Source of the DNA: Elainellaceae cyanobacterium
GTDB lineage: Bacteria > Cyanobacteriota > Cyanobacteriia > CAZCXK01
NCBI GenBank assembly: GCA_051117555.1
Contig: JBNPEG010000132.1
Location: 1,007 to 65,006, forward strand
Length of the DNA stretch: 64,000 nt
Reading direction: 5' to 3'
The notes under the pieces were generated by a model that saw nothing but the letters and a program-made list of their open reading frames with translations, had not been told where the DNA came from and did not search any database. The position numbers and the translations under genes were made by a program. This document shows, piece after piece, positions 10,722 through 20,271 of this stretch. Numbering within the stretch: position 1 is the stretch's first letter; the number at the start of each line of letters is the position of its first letter.

Positions 10722-11354
10722 ATGGCAAAACTTTCAGTCGAACTGCAAAACTACTTTTTTGAAGAAACCAGAGCTGAGCAAATCACGCTTATTGATATTC
10801 TTGAACTTGCTGGGGAACGCACGTTTGGGTTTCTTCTCGTTTTATTATCGTTGCCCTCTGCCTTACCCATTCCCGCACCGGGATACTCCATCCCATTTGG
10901 GATTATAATTCTTCTCCTTGCAGTTCAACTCATTGTCGGACGAGTTCGCCCGTGGTTTCCCGACCGGTTTAAGAAAAAGTCCATTGAGCTAAAGCATGCT
11001 CAGCAGTTTTTGAAAGCGGGTCTGCCCTGGTTGCGACGCATTGAATCCCTCTCTCGGCCTCGCATGAGTCAACTCTGTACGAGCCGAACTGGGAGAATTG
11101 TCCTCGGAGTGGCGATCGCCCTGATGGGCATTTCGATGCTGATCCCACTGCCGCTAACCAACACGCTTCCAGCTATTGGCGTCTTTATAACCGGATTTAG
11201 CCTCATTGAAGACGACGGATTTATTGGTCTTGCAGGGCTAACCGTTTGTCTGATAGCGGGCATCCTTTCGACCGTGCTGATTTTTGCCTACTTTATCGGA
11301 GGATTCAGCTTAGTCAACACGGTTATTGACCAAATTCGAGGCTTAAAGCCTTAG
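10722..11354 (+). CDS. ExoD-family exopolysaccharide biosynthesis membrane protein
   Basis: GERTFG, LPSALPIP, PLPLTNTLPA, EDDG. Confidence 0.85.
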   Translation: MAKLSVELQNYFFEETRAEQITLIDILELAGERTFGFLLVLLSLPSALPIPAPGYSIPFGIIILLLAVQLIVGRVRPWFPDRFKKKSIELKHAQQFLKAGLPWLRRIESLSRPRMSQLCTSRTGRIVLGVAIALMGISMLIPLPLTNTLPAIGVFITGFSLIEDDGFIGLAGLTVCLIAGILSTVLIFAYFIGGFSLVNTVIDQIRGLKP

Positions 11355-11418
11355 AGGATGCTTTAAAAGGGGCCCACGGTTATAAACGCTTGCGGCTTCT
11401 CGAAGAGTAAACCGCGCC

Positions 11419-11513
11419 TATACCCCCGTATGCTCTCGCGTTAGGACTTAAACGTGTGGTGGTCCCCCGCGGCGCGGGGGACCACCACACAAACCTGAGC
11501 CCGTAGGGCTATA
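11419..11513. mobile_element. Degenerate TATA(G)C-ended MITE with a perfect 17-bp central hairpin
   Basis: GTGTGGTGGTCCCCCGC-ggc-GCGGGGGACCACCACAC (11454-11490); ends tatacccc... and ...gggctata. Confidence 0.55.
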
Positions 11514-11763
11514 CAAACAAAGTGCGCGTTCACGGACGCCACGGCGGACTCCAGCAAAACCAGAAGATTGTCAGTCAATAAAGACTATCGCCTCTTTTCC
11601 GCTTTCCAAGTCCCTCCATAGATGTAATGAAGGTTCTCCTGGAAAGCAGGCAAGCATTCTGGGCAAACAAATATCCAGTGCTTTGACTGATCATATTGAA
11701 TTCGATATAACGTCGATGCGGTTTGTTGGCAGCGATCGCAACGCTTAGTCCGAACGCATTTCA

Positions 11764-12843
11764 CTACGCCATCACCGATGCTTCAGGTCGCGCAAAAATC
11801 ATTCGGCCTGCGGACGTTTGCAGAGAGCCCGTTACCACCACAGCAAGCTCATCCCCGACGTAATTACTGGCTTCTTCCACAACGACCATCGTTCCATCGT
11901 TTAGGTAACCGACCCCTTGAGCAGGTTCTTTACCTTGCTTAAGAATTTTAAGGTCAATGCTATCACCCGGCAGATACGCAGGACGAAGCGACTGGGCTAG
12001 ATCGTTGACGTTGAGGACAGGAACTTTCTGAAGACTCGCGACCTTGTTTAGGTTGTAATCATTGGTTAATAAGGTTCCGTTGATTTCTTGCGCAAATCGA
12101 ACCAACTTCGCATCGACGGTAGCGATATCGTCATAGTCTGCTGGATGAATCAAAATTCGTTCCGGAAAAGCATCCTGCATTTGATTGAGAATATCTAAGC
12201 CTCGTCGGCCCCGCGTTCGCTTCTGGTCATTAGATGCATCGGCAACCTGTTGAAGCTCTTGTAGGACAAATTGTGGAATCAGAATTTGTCCTTCCAAGAA
12301 ACCGGTGTCAAGCAATCCCTCAATCCGCCCATCAATAATACAGCTTGTGTCTAAAACTTTTGTTGCAGAGGGTTTTAGCGTTCCTTCCGCCAATAGCATC
12401 GTCTCGACGCTATTGGGATTAATGAGTCGCAGCAATGCACGCCCATGAGTATCTGCTAAATTGATTCCTGAAAAAGCAAACAAGATGCTACCTAATACGG
12501 CTGCTAGCGGTTTGATGAATGTGAAGTCTTTGGGAATGGGCAAGAGGAAAATGGGAGCTAGCATTAGGTTTGCGATCAGAAGACCGAGAACTAGCCCAAC
12601 CGAGCGGCTCAGCAGCATGTCTACGGGCATATTTCGGACTTGAGACTCAAGGCGACGATAGCCCGTTTGAGCCGCCAATCCGATCGCCCCACCAATTAGG
12701 GCTCCAAACCCGGCAATTACCGAGCTTAGCCCATCTAAATTAGTAACCTGCTCAAGAACTTGACCCGGCAGCAAGTCAACGCTGTAGAAGCCGATGCCTG
12801 CTCCTGCTAGGATGAATGATAAAACAATGATTGCGTCAAGCAT
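11764..12843 (-). CDS. Membrane PIN/TRAM domain protein (YacL-like)
   Basis: TM N-terminus, LDTSCIIDGR, RGRRGLD, TNDYNLNK, GYLNDGTMVVVE, QTSAGRMIFA. Confidence 0.92.
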   Translation of the reverse strand: MLDAIIVLSFILAGAGIGFYSVDLLPGQVLEQVTNLDGLSSVIAGFGALIGGAIGLAAQTGYRRLESQVRNMPVDMLLSRSVGLVLGLLIANLMLAPIFLLPIPKDFTFIKPLAAVLGSILFAFSGINLADTHGRALLRLINPNSVETMLLAEGTLKPSATKVLDTSCIIDGRIEGLLDTGFLEGQILIPQFVLQELQQVADASNDQKRTRGRRGLDILNQMQDAFPERILIHPADYDDIATVDAKLVRFAQEINGTLLTNDYNLNKVASLQKVPVLNVNDLAQSLRPAYLPGDSIDLKILKQGKEPAQGVGYLNDGTMVVVEEASNYVGDELAVVVTGSLQTSAGRMIFARPEASVMA

Positions 12844-13256
12844 GATATCAATCCAAATTGGATTTATTTCTGAGCTTGAATGACATAATGAATGCAAGGA
12901 TAGATTCTGCGGACTGATGTGTCCAAAAATATGTAATTGATCTCTTGATCAAGCTCAACAGGAGTATTTCAGCTTCAATTATATCGTTTGGCAATCCAAC
13001 GATTGCCTTGAATATACGTCATTTTTGGAGATGAGTCGTTAACTAGTTTGAATATCTAAATTGCTAGAACCACATCAGCTTAAACGCTGAGCGATACTTT
13101 AAAGGAGTTGCTAATTTGTTAGGCTGAGCTAATTCTTTCTAAAACAAATCTCTTTAGAAACTCTTTAGCCTTGTCTTCATACCGTCGATTAATCTACGCC
13201 TAAACGTCGTCTAAGTTTGTTTTCAAATTCGTTTTAGATAATCAATCCATCTCCAT

Positions 13257-14564
13257 ATGCCAACCTCTACACACTTTGGCATTCCGACGTCAGCCTATAT
13301 ACATATTCCGTTTTGTCGACGGCGATGCTTTTATTGCGATTTTCCAGTCTCTATTGTGGGCGATCGCCCACCCCGTTCGCGACAGGCGGATGCTTCACAA
13401 CAGTTTGGAACGATTGCCGAATATCTGCATTACTTAATTCAAGAAATCGAGACAACGCCGTCTTTAGGAGCCCCTCTGCAAACTATATTTTTTGGCGGAG
13501 GAACCCCATCTCTGCTGACCGCCCAGCAGCTTGATCAGATTCTCGATGCGCTAAATCGGCGATTTGGGATTGAGTCAACTGCGGAGATTTCCATCGAAAT
13601 GGACCCCGGAACGTTCGATCAACCCCAGTTAGCCGGATATCAGGCAGCAGGCGTCAATCGAATTAGTCTGGGCGTTCAAGCGTTTCAAGCTGATTTGCTG
13701 GCAGCATGTGGGCGCACTCACACCCCGGAGGACGTTAGCGACGCGATCGCCCTGCTCCAGCAGGCGAATATTGCTAACGTCAGCCTAGATTTGATTTCAG
13801 GGTTGCCGCACCAGACCTTGGATCAATGGAATGACTCGCTACGACAGGCAATCGAATATGCTCCTGCTCACCTTTCTATTTACGACCTGACGATTGAGCC
13901 TATGACTGCATTTAGTCGATGGTATGAACCGGGTTCAGATCCCTTACCCACCGATGAAATGACAGCTGACATGTATCGCATTGCCGAGCATACGCTCACT
14001 GCGGCAGGATACGAGCACTACGAAATTTCAAATTATGCCCGACCGGGCTATTCCTGTCGTCACAATCGCGTCTATTGGGAAAATCGTCCTTACTATGGAT
14101 TTGGGATGGGCGCGGCAAGCTATCTCAACGGGTATCGAGTGAGTCGCCCCCGGAATCGTCGAGACTATTACATCTGGGTGCATACATTCGTCCAAAATAA
14201 CGGTCAGATTAATAGTCCAGTGACTCCGCTAGATGAGGTTCTTTTGGATACTCTGATGTTGGGCTTGAGGTTATCTGACGGTATCCAGATCGATACACTC
14301 GTTCGTCGGTTTGGAGAGCATTCGGTGTGGCGAGTGTTAAGGTGTTTAGCTCCCTATGCTGAGCAAGGATTGGTTGCCTTCGAGCCGCTAATGGGGCGAT
14401 CGCCCTCTGCGCTGATATCTGACATGATAATACCGGGTAATACGTCGAAGTGCGGCACGTCGTCCCAGCTTCGTATCCGTTTAACCGATCCGGAGGGATT
14501 TCTCTTCTCCAATCGCGTTCTTGCCGAAATCTTTAAGGAGTTTTCAGAGGAAGAACGCGTTTGA
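13257..14564 (+). CDS. hemW: Radical SAM heme chaperone HemW
   Basis: YIHIPFCRRRCFYCDF, FGGGTPS, HYEISNY, HNRVYW. Confidence 0.9.
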   Translation: MPTSTHFGIPTSAYIHIPFCRRRCFYCDFPVSIVGDRPPRSRQADASQQFGTIAEYLHYLIQEIETTPSLGAPLQTIFFGGGTPSLLTAQQLDQILDALNRRFGIESTAEISIEMDPGTFDQPQLAGYQAAGVNRISLGVQAFQADLLAACGRTHTPEDVSDAIALLQQANIANVSLDLISGLPHQTLDQWNDSLRQAIEYAPAHLSIYDLTIEPMTAFSRWYEPGSDPLPTDEMTADMYRIAEHTLTAAGYEHYEISNYARPGYSCRHNRVYWENRPYYGFGMGAASYLNGYRVSRPRNRRDYYIWVHTFVQNNGQINSPVTPLDEVLLDTLMLGLRLSDGIQIDTLVRRFGEHSVWRVLRCLAPYAEQGLVAFEPLMGRSPSALISDMIIPGNTSKCGTSSQLRIRLTDPEGFLFSNRVLAEIFKEFSEEERV

Positions 14565-14686
14565 ACCGCCTGTGTGGATATCGGGCGATCGCCTCCAAAT
14601 CTGAATCATCCCCCGTAATCAAACGCTGAACCCTACAAAATTTGATACCCTATGTTCAAATAGTCTTAAGCTTGAGGGCTGAAAGC

Positions 14687-15850
14687 GTGGATATTCAAAT
14701 TGGCAGGGGAAAGACAGCCCGTAGAGCCTATGGGATTGATGAAATTGCTCTAGTTCCAGGGCGAAGAACGTTAGATCCAGCACTAGCGGATACCCATTGG
14801 CAAATTGGGGGCATTGATCGTGAAATTCCCATCATCGCGAGCGCCATGGATGGTGTCGTCGATGTAAATATGGCTGTGCGGTTATCCCAGTTAGGCGCTC
14901 TAGGCGTGCTTAACCTTGAAGGCATTCAAACCCGTTACGATGATCCCGAACCCATCCTCGATCGGATTGCGTCGGTGGGTAACAATGAGTTTGTAATGCT
15001 CATGCAAGAGCTGTATGCAGAACCAATCAAGCTAGAACTTATCAAACAGAGAATTCAGGATATCAAGCAACAGGGTGGAGTCGCTGCGGTAAGTTCCACC
15101 CCGGCAGGTGCCATCCATTACGGACAAGCAGTTGCCGACGCAGGCGCCGATCTGCTTTTCATTCAGGCAACCGTCGTATCGACCGCGCATTTATCACCGG
15201 AATCGATTACGCCCTTAGATTTAGCGGCATTCTGCAACGACATGCCAATCCCCATCGTATTGGGCAATTGCGTCACCTATGAGGTGGCATTGAGTTTAAT
15301 GAAAGCAGGCGCGGCTGCCATTTTAGTCGGAATTGGTCCAGGAGCCGCCTGCACCTCTCGGGGTGTTCTGGGAGTGGGGGTGCCTCAGGCAACTGCCATT
15401 GCTGACTGCGCGGCTGCTCGCGAAGACTATTACCACGAAGAAAATCGGTACGTACCAATCATCGCTGATGGTGGGCTAATCACAGGCGGTGATATTTGCA
15501 AGTGTATTGCATGTGGTGCGGACGGAGTGATGATTGGTTCTCCATTTGCGCGCGCTCAAGAAGCACCCGGACGTGGCTACCATTGGGGCATGGCAACACC
15601 AAGTCCGGTATTGCCGAGAGGAACCCGAATTCGAGTTGGCACCACAGGCACGTTAGAACAAATTCTCAACGGGCCAGCTCAGCTCGACGATGGAACGCAC
15701 AACCTTCTAGGAGCCTTGAAAACCAGCATGGGAACGCTGGGCGCTAAAGATATCCGTGAAATGCAACAGGTTGACGTGGTTATCGCTCCATCTCTGCTGA
15801 CGGAAGGTAAAGTTTATCAAAAAGCGCAGCAATTGGGCATGGGTAAGTAA
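14687..15850 (+). CDS. guaB: IMP dehydrogenase-related protein (GuaB3 type, no CBS pair)
   Basis: ASAMDGV, GIGPGAACTSR, IADGG, HWGMA; GTG start at 14687. Confidence 0.9.
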   Translation: MDIQIGRGKTARRAYGIDEIALVPGRRTLDPALADTHWQIGGIDREIPIIASAMDGVVDVNMAVRLSQLGALGVLNLEGIQTRYDDPEPILDRIASVGNNEFVMLMQELYAEPIKLELIKQRIQDIKQQGGVAAVSSTPAGAIHYGQAVADAGADLLFIQATVVSTAHLSPESITPLDLAAFCNDMPIPIVLGNCVTYEVALSLMKAGAAAILVGIGPGAACTSRGVLGVGVPQATAIADCAAAREDYYHEENRYVPIIADGGLITGGDICKCIACGADGVMIGSPFARAQEAPGRGYHWGMATPSPVLPRGTRIRVGTTGTLEQILNGPAQLDDGTHNLLGALKTSMGTLGAKDIREMQQVDVVIAPSLLTEGKVYQKAQQLGMGK

Positions 15851-15960
15851 GTTAAAGGCGTATACTTAAATACCAGAACTTATCGCATACTGATGCCCGA
15901 TCATTGATAAGTTTTCGCAATTAGGTGCAATGAAATACTGGAAAACCCATAACTCTGACT

Positions 15961-15966
15961 TACAAT
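15961..15966 (+). promoter_or_regulatory. -10 element of Yfr1
   Basis: TACAAT about 8 nt upstream of the first Yfr1 hairpin. Confidence 0.55.
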
Positions 15967-15974
15967 AGATAAGT

Positions 15975-16041
15975 AGCGGAGACGCATGTTTCCGTTCACT
16001 CCTCACACCACACTCCGCCTGGACTATTGTTCAGGCGGTTC
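15975..16041 (+). ncRNA. yfr1: Yfr1 small RNA
   Basis: ACTCCTCACAC motif between two hairpins (GCGGAGAC..GTTTCCGT and CCGCCTGGAC..GTTCAGGCGG), in the characteristic guaB-trxA position. Confidence 0.92.
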
Positions 16042-16126
16042 CTAATTGGCGCGCTGGTTTTAAGGCAATAGCTAAAGAAGAATTTTCGTTGGAAAGTGTT
16101 TGATCTGTCGCAAAGCGTCTGAATCT

Positions 16127-16184
16127 AATAGTCTGACATTGCGAATGTATCCAATAGTCTGACATTGCGAATGTATCCAATAGT
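16127..16184. repeat. 26-bp tandem duplication upstream of trxA
   Basis: AATAGTCTGACATTGCGAATGTATCC x2 plus AATAGT. Confidence 0.95.
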
Positions 16185-16260
16185 TGCGAGCACTTCATCT
16201 CGTCTAATCGATCCGCTATGGTAAAATTTCTGTAGTGATATAGGCTAAGGATTTTCAGGC

Positions 16261-16581
16261 ATGTCAGCAGCCGCAGTTACCGATTCTAGCTTTAAGCAAG
16301 AGGTTCTTGAAAGCGAAGTCCCAGTTCTGGTCGACTTCTGGGCCCCCTGGTGTGGTCCCTGCCGCATGGTAGCACCCGTCGTTGATGAGATTTCCGAGCA
16401 ATATGCTGGGCAGGTTAAAGTCGTCAAGATAAATACGGATGAGAACCCGAGCGTTGCTAGTCAATACGGCATCCGTAGTATTCCCACATTGATGATTTTT
16501 AAAGGAGGGCAGCGAGTAGATATGGTTGTCGGTGCAGTTCCTAAGACAACGCTTGCCAATACCCTCGAGAAGTATCTCTGA
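16261..16581 (+). CDS. trxA: Thioredoxin (m-type)
   Basis: [17 protein letters not shown]. Confidence 0.97.
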   Translation: MSAAAVTDSSFKQEVLESEVPVLVDFWAPWCGPCRMVAPVVDEISEQYAGQVKVVKINTDENPSVASQYGIRSIPTLMIFKGGQRVDMVVGAVPKTTLANTLEKYL

Positions 16582-16707
16582 CAGTCTTAGCGTTTTCTTT
16601 GCCGCGATGCTATTAACCTGGGTGACAATACGCTTCTAATCGAGAAACTAAGCTTGCAGTATTTAGTCTCTCCTGGAGCGTTTTCAAGCCGCTTTTAAAA
16701 TTTTAAG

Positions 16708-16744
16708 AACTGCTTACATCAGTCTTCCTGTAAGCAGTTTTTTT
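16708..16744 (+). terminator. Intrinsic terminator after trxA
   Basis: AACTGCTTACA...TGTAAGCAGTT followed by a T-run. Confidence 0.7.
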
Positions 16745-16882
16745 ATTAGGTGCCATCGGATGCCCGGCAATTGATGCACCGATACGAGATGCAATCGGAC
16801 GACTAGATTCATTGAGTTTGGGGAGTCTGATTTAAGCAGAACTCTCGAAAACTGGCTAGAATAGAGTGCTGTCAGTTGACGA

Positions 16883-17959
16883 ATGTTCATGGCTCGATAC
16901 CTATTAACGTCTCAACAACGAGAAGCATTTCAGGCAGAGATTAGTGCCCTCGTTGACCAACTCCCTGAAATGCCTCACGGAGAACTGATTCAGCAAGCTT
17001 TAATGACGTTGGTTCGCATGGCGGAGGTAGAAGCCGATCGATTAGATTGGAAAATTCTAAATGCCTCCATGCAAGATATGGAGCGTGCATTCCGAGTCTT
17101 CTACCCGTATCGACACATTCGTAAGGTGACGGTTTTCGGCTCAGCTCGCATTCCGCCTGATAGTGAAACGTATCGCATGGCGGTTGAATTTGCTCAGTGT
17201 GTGACGCAGCTTGGCTTTATGGTGATGACGGGCGGTGGTGGTGGCATCATGCAGGCCGGAAATGAAGGCGCAGGCTCGGAGCAATCGTTTGGCTTGAATA
17301 TTCAACTTCCGTTTGAGCAGGGCGCCAATTCGTTTATTGCAGGCGATGCTAAGCTGATTAACTTTAAGTATTTTTTCACTCGCAAACTATTTTTCTTGAG
17401 AGAAACCGATGCTCTGGCGCTTTTCCCAGGTGGGTTTGGCACTCAAGACGAAGCATTTGAGTGTTTGACGCTAATGCAGACGGGCAAGTCTGACTTGGTG
17501 CCGCTCGTATTAATCGACGAACCGGGGGGCGACTATTGGCAAAGTTGGGATGAGCATTTGAGAGCGCATTTGCTCGAAGCAGGACTCATTAGTGCCGATG
17601 ATCGAAGTCTATATACGATTACCGATCGCCTAGATGTCGCATGTGAGGCGATCGCCAGCTTTTATCGGGTTTTTCACTCTAGCCGCTACATCGACAATCA
17701 GCTTGTGATTCGTCTCAAATCAGAACTATCTGATTCTGATGTCGAGCTTCTCAATTCAACCTTTAGCGACATTCTCGAAAAAGGACGAATCGAAAAAAGC
17801 TCTGCGTTTGCCCAAGAAACCAATCCAGAGATTATCGATTTGCCCAGGCTGATCCTGTACTTCAATCAAAAAGATTTCGGGCGCTTGTATCAGATGATTC
17901 GGCTGATTAATCAATTGGGGAGTAGATCTCCAGAGTCAACCCACCCGGAACAAAAATAG
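16883..17959 (+). CDS. LOG-family (nucleotide phosphoribohydrolase-like) protein
   Basis: VFGSAR, TGGGGGIM, YFFTRK, PGGFGTQDE. Confidence 0.9.
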   Translation: MFMARYLLTSQQREAFQAEISALVDQLPEMPHGELIQQALMTLVRMAEVEADRLDWKILNASMQDMERAFRVFYPYRHIRKVTVFGSARIPPDSETYRMAVEFAQCVTQLGFMVMTGGGGGIMQAGNEGAGSEQSFGLNIQLPFEQGANSFIAGDAKLINFKYFFTRKLFFLRETDALALFPGGFGTQDEAFECLTLMQTGKSDLVPLVLIDEPGGDYWQSWDEHLRAHLLEAGLISADDRSLYTITDRLDVACEAIASFYRVFHSSRYIDNQLVIRLKSELSDSDVELLNSTFSDILEKGRIEKSSAFAQETNPEIIDLPRLILYFNQKDFGRLYQMIRLINQLGSRSPESTHPEQK

Positions 17960-18133
17960 CTCAAATCTTTGTCTAAGTTTTGAGTTAAATCAAATTTTGA
18001 ATTAACTTCAGCCTAAATATGCTAGGGGAGTATCTGTCGATACGTATGCTGAGAGCGATCGCACTATAAAGTGATGACAATTTTCGCCCGGGATTAAATG
18101 CCAGCACCTTATCAGCAGAAGGAGTAAGTCTCG

Positions 18134-19480
18134 ATGTCCGATTCAGTCCAACCAGACTCAAAGCATCGGGTCGTTATTGTCGGAGGTGGATTTGGCGGAC
18201 TGTATGCCGCTAAATCCTTGGGGCGAGCTCCAGTTGACGTAACGCTAATCGACAAACGCAATTTTCACCTGTTTCAGCCGCTCTTATATCAGGTTGCCAC
18301 CGGGAGTCTCTCGCCCGCCGATATTTCCTCTCCACTCCGGGTTGTATTAAGCTCCCACCGCAACGTCCGAGTTCTCCTGGATGAAGTAACCGATATTGAT
18401 CCGGTTCATCAGCAGGTGATGTTACGGAATGAGATGCTCCCGTATGACACGCTCATCTTAGCGACTGGGGGGAGTCATCACTATTTTGGAAATGATCACT
18501 GGGAATCGTCCGCCCCCGGATTAAAGACGGTTGAAGATGCACTCGAAATGCGTCGTCGTATATTTCTGGCGTTTGAGGCAGCAGAACGAGAATTAGACCC
18601 GCAAACGCGCAAGGCGTGGTTGACCTTTGTGGTAGCAGGAGGTGGGCCGACGGGCGTTGAGCTTGCCGGAGCCCTCGCAGAACTGGCACACGGCACGCTC
18701 AAGGCTGACTTTCGATCAATCGACACGTCTGAAACTCAGATTATTCTCCTAGAAGGAATGGATCGAGTGCTGCCGCCTTATCCGTCTGTTCTATCTGCTA
18801 ATGCAGAGCAGTCGCTCACGGAGCTGGGCGTTACCGTCAAGACAAAAACGCTGGTGACCGACATTACGGATTATGGGGTGACCGCTCGGCAGGGCGATTG
18901 CACTGAGCATATCCAATCAAGAACCATCCTATGGGCAGCGGGCGTTAAAGCCTCTGGAATGGGCAAAATCTTAGCAGAAAAAGCCCACGTCGAACTCGAT
19001 CGCGCCGGACGAGTGATGGTAGCCCCTGATTTGTCTGTTCCTAGCCATCCTAATATTTTTGTCGTCGGCGATCTTGCCCATTATGCGCATCAGGGCGACA
19101 AACCCTTACCTGGGATTGCTGCGGTCGCGATGCAACAGGGAAGCTATGTGGCTAAACTAATTGGACATCGCCTCGCCGGAAAAGAGCTAGCGCCATTCCG
19201 ATATTCAGATGGTGGAAGTTTAGCCGTAATCGGGCGCAACGCCGCTGTTGCTGATTTGGGAGCACTTAAGCTATCCGGCCTTCCGGCTTGGTTGATTTGG
19301 GTCTTTGTTCACATCTATTACCTAATTGAGTTTGATAACAAACTCGTCGTGATGACCCAGTGGGCCTGGAACTATCTCACCCGTAGCCAAGGTGCTCGTC
19401 TGATCACTGGAAAAGACGTCATGCCGCCTGTCAACAACAGTCAGCCCCCGGAATCTAAAACGAGTCTCATTTCGACGTGA
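18134..19480 (+). CDS. Type II NADH dehydrogenase
   Basis: GGGFGG, FQPLLYQVATG, GGGPTGVELAG, WAAGV. Confidence 0.92.
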   Translation: MSDSVQPDSKHRVVIVGGGFGGLYAAKSLGRAPVDVTLIDKRNFHLFQPLLYQVATGSLSPADISSPLRVVLSSHRNVRVLLDEVTDIDPVHQQVMLRNEMLPYDTLILATGGSHHYFGNDHWESSAPGLKTVEDALEMRRRIFLAFEAAERELDPQTRKAWLTFVVAGGGPTGVELAGALAELAHGTLKADFRSIDTSETQIILLEGMDRVLPPYPSVLSANAEQSLTELGVTVKTKTLVTDITDYGVTARQGDCTEHIQSRTILWAAGVKASGMGKILAEKAHVELDRAGRVMVAPDLSVPSHPNIFVVGDLAHYAHQGDKPLPGIAAVAMQQGSYVAKLIGHRLAGKELAPFRYSDGGSLAVIGRNAAVADLGALKLSGLPAWLIWVFVHIYYLIEFDNKLVVMTQWAWNYLTRSQGARLITGKDVMPPVNNSQPPESKTSLIST

Positions 19481-19914
19481 GCAATACCGGCCTCGTCAAA
19501 TTCATCCCCTCGCTGGCTAAAACCGAGCTTGCTATAAAACGCTTTGGCATGGGATTGGGCGTTGATTTTGACTTCAGGAATACCCTGCTCTCTGAGATAA
19601 TCGAATGCATAGTCCATCATCTGCCGCCCAATCCCTTGCCCTCGATAGTTTGATAACACGGCAACTCGTTCAATTTTTGCGAGGCGATCGCTCAGATATC
19701 GAATCCGAGTCGTCCCAATAGGGTGACCGTCAAGATAGGCAACCACGTGAGTAGATCCATCATCTTCTCCGTCAAATTCTAATGCGGGATCAACCCGCTG
19801 CTCAAGCTGAAATACCGCGCAGCGAACCGCCTGAATGTCAGAAAGCGCTTCGGAATACGTCACCATTCGAATCATGAGCGGGCTCGTCATAAGGGGCGAT
19901 CGCAGGTGAATCAC
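19441..19914 (-). CDS. GNAT acetyltransferase (YjcF/ElaA-like)
   Basis: VFQLEQ, ERVAVL, RGQGIG, FYSKLGF, EAGIAH; true start may be downstream of 19914. Confidence 0.88.
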   Translation of the reverse strand: MIHLRSPLMTSPLMIRMVTYSEALSDIQAVRCAVFQLEQRVDPALEFDGEDDGSTHVVAYLDGHPIGTTRIRYLSDRLAKIERVAVLSNYRGQGIGRQMMDYAFDYLREQGIPEVKINAQSHAKAFYSKLGFSQRGDEFDEAGIAHVEMRLVLDSGG

Positions 19915-20271
19915 TGAAGAATATATATGATATCAGCCACCGAAATACCGATGTAGATGTCGGTGGACAGGTTTTCCCAGCTTTCTCTCAACACCGTTCC
20001 TGACGAGAATAGTCCTTAGTTTTATGTCATCCTAGCGATTACAGAGGTAGACTATATCCAATTGCGATGTGCGTTATCAGCGCTCATCATAAATTTCTTG
20101 CCCCAATTTAAGGACTGTCGTGATGGGTGCTACATCAGATCCAGAATAATCATGTGATAGCACCGTCCTTAACTTTAATTGAGAAAGAAATTTTCTAGAC
20201 TCGGTTGAAGCTCACAATGCTTCTAGCCGATAATGACTTTGCAAAATACGTTGAGACTTATCCCCGTTGCC

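Noticed and set aside
15975..16041. Novel sRNA between guaB and trxA
   Set aside because: Matches the described Yfr1 in motif and position.
19441..19480. Tail-to-tail gene overlap (also 31701-31725)
   Set aside because: Short convergent overlaps are common and nothing here indicates function.
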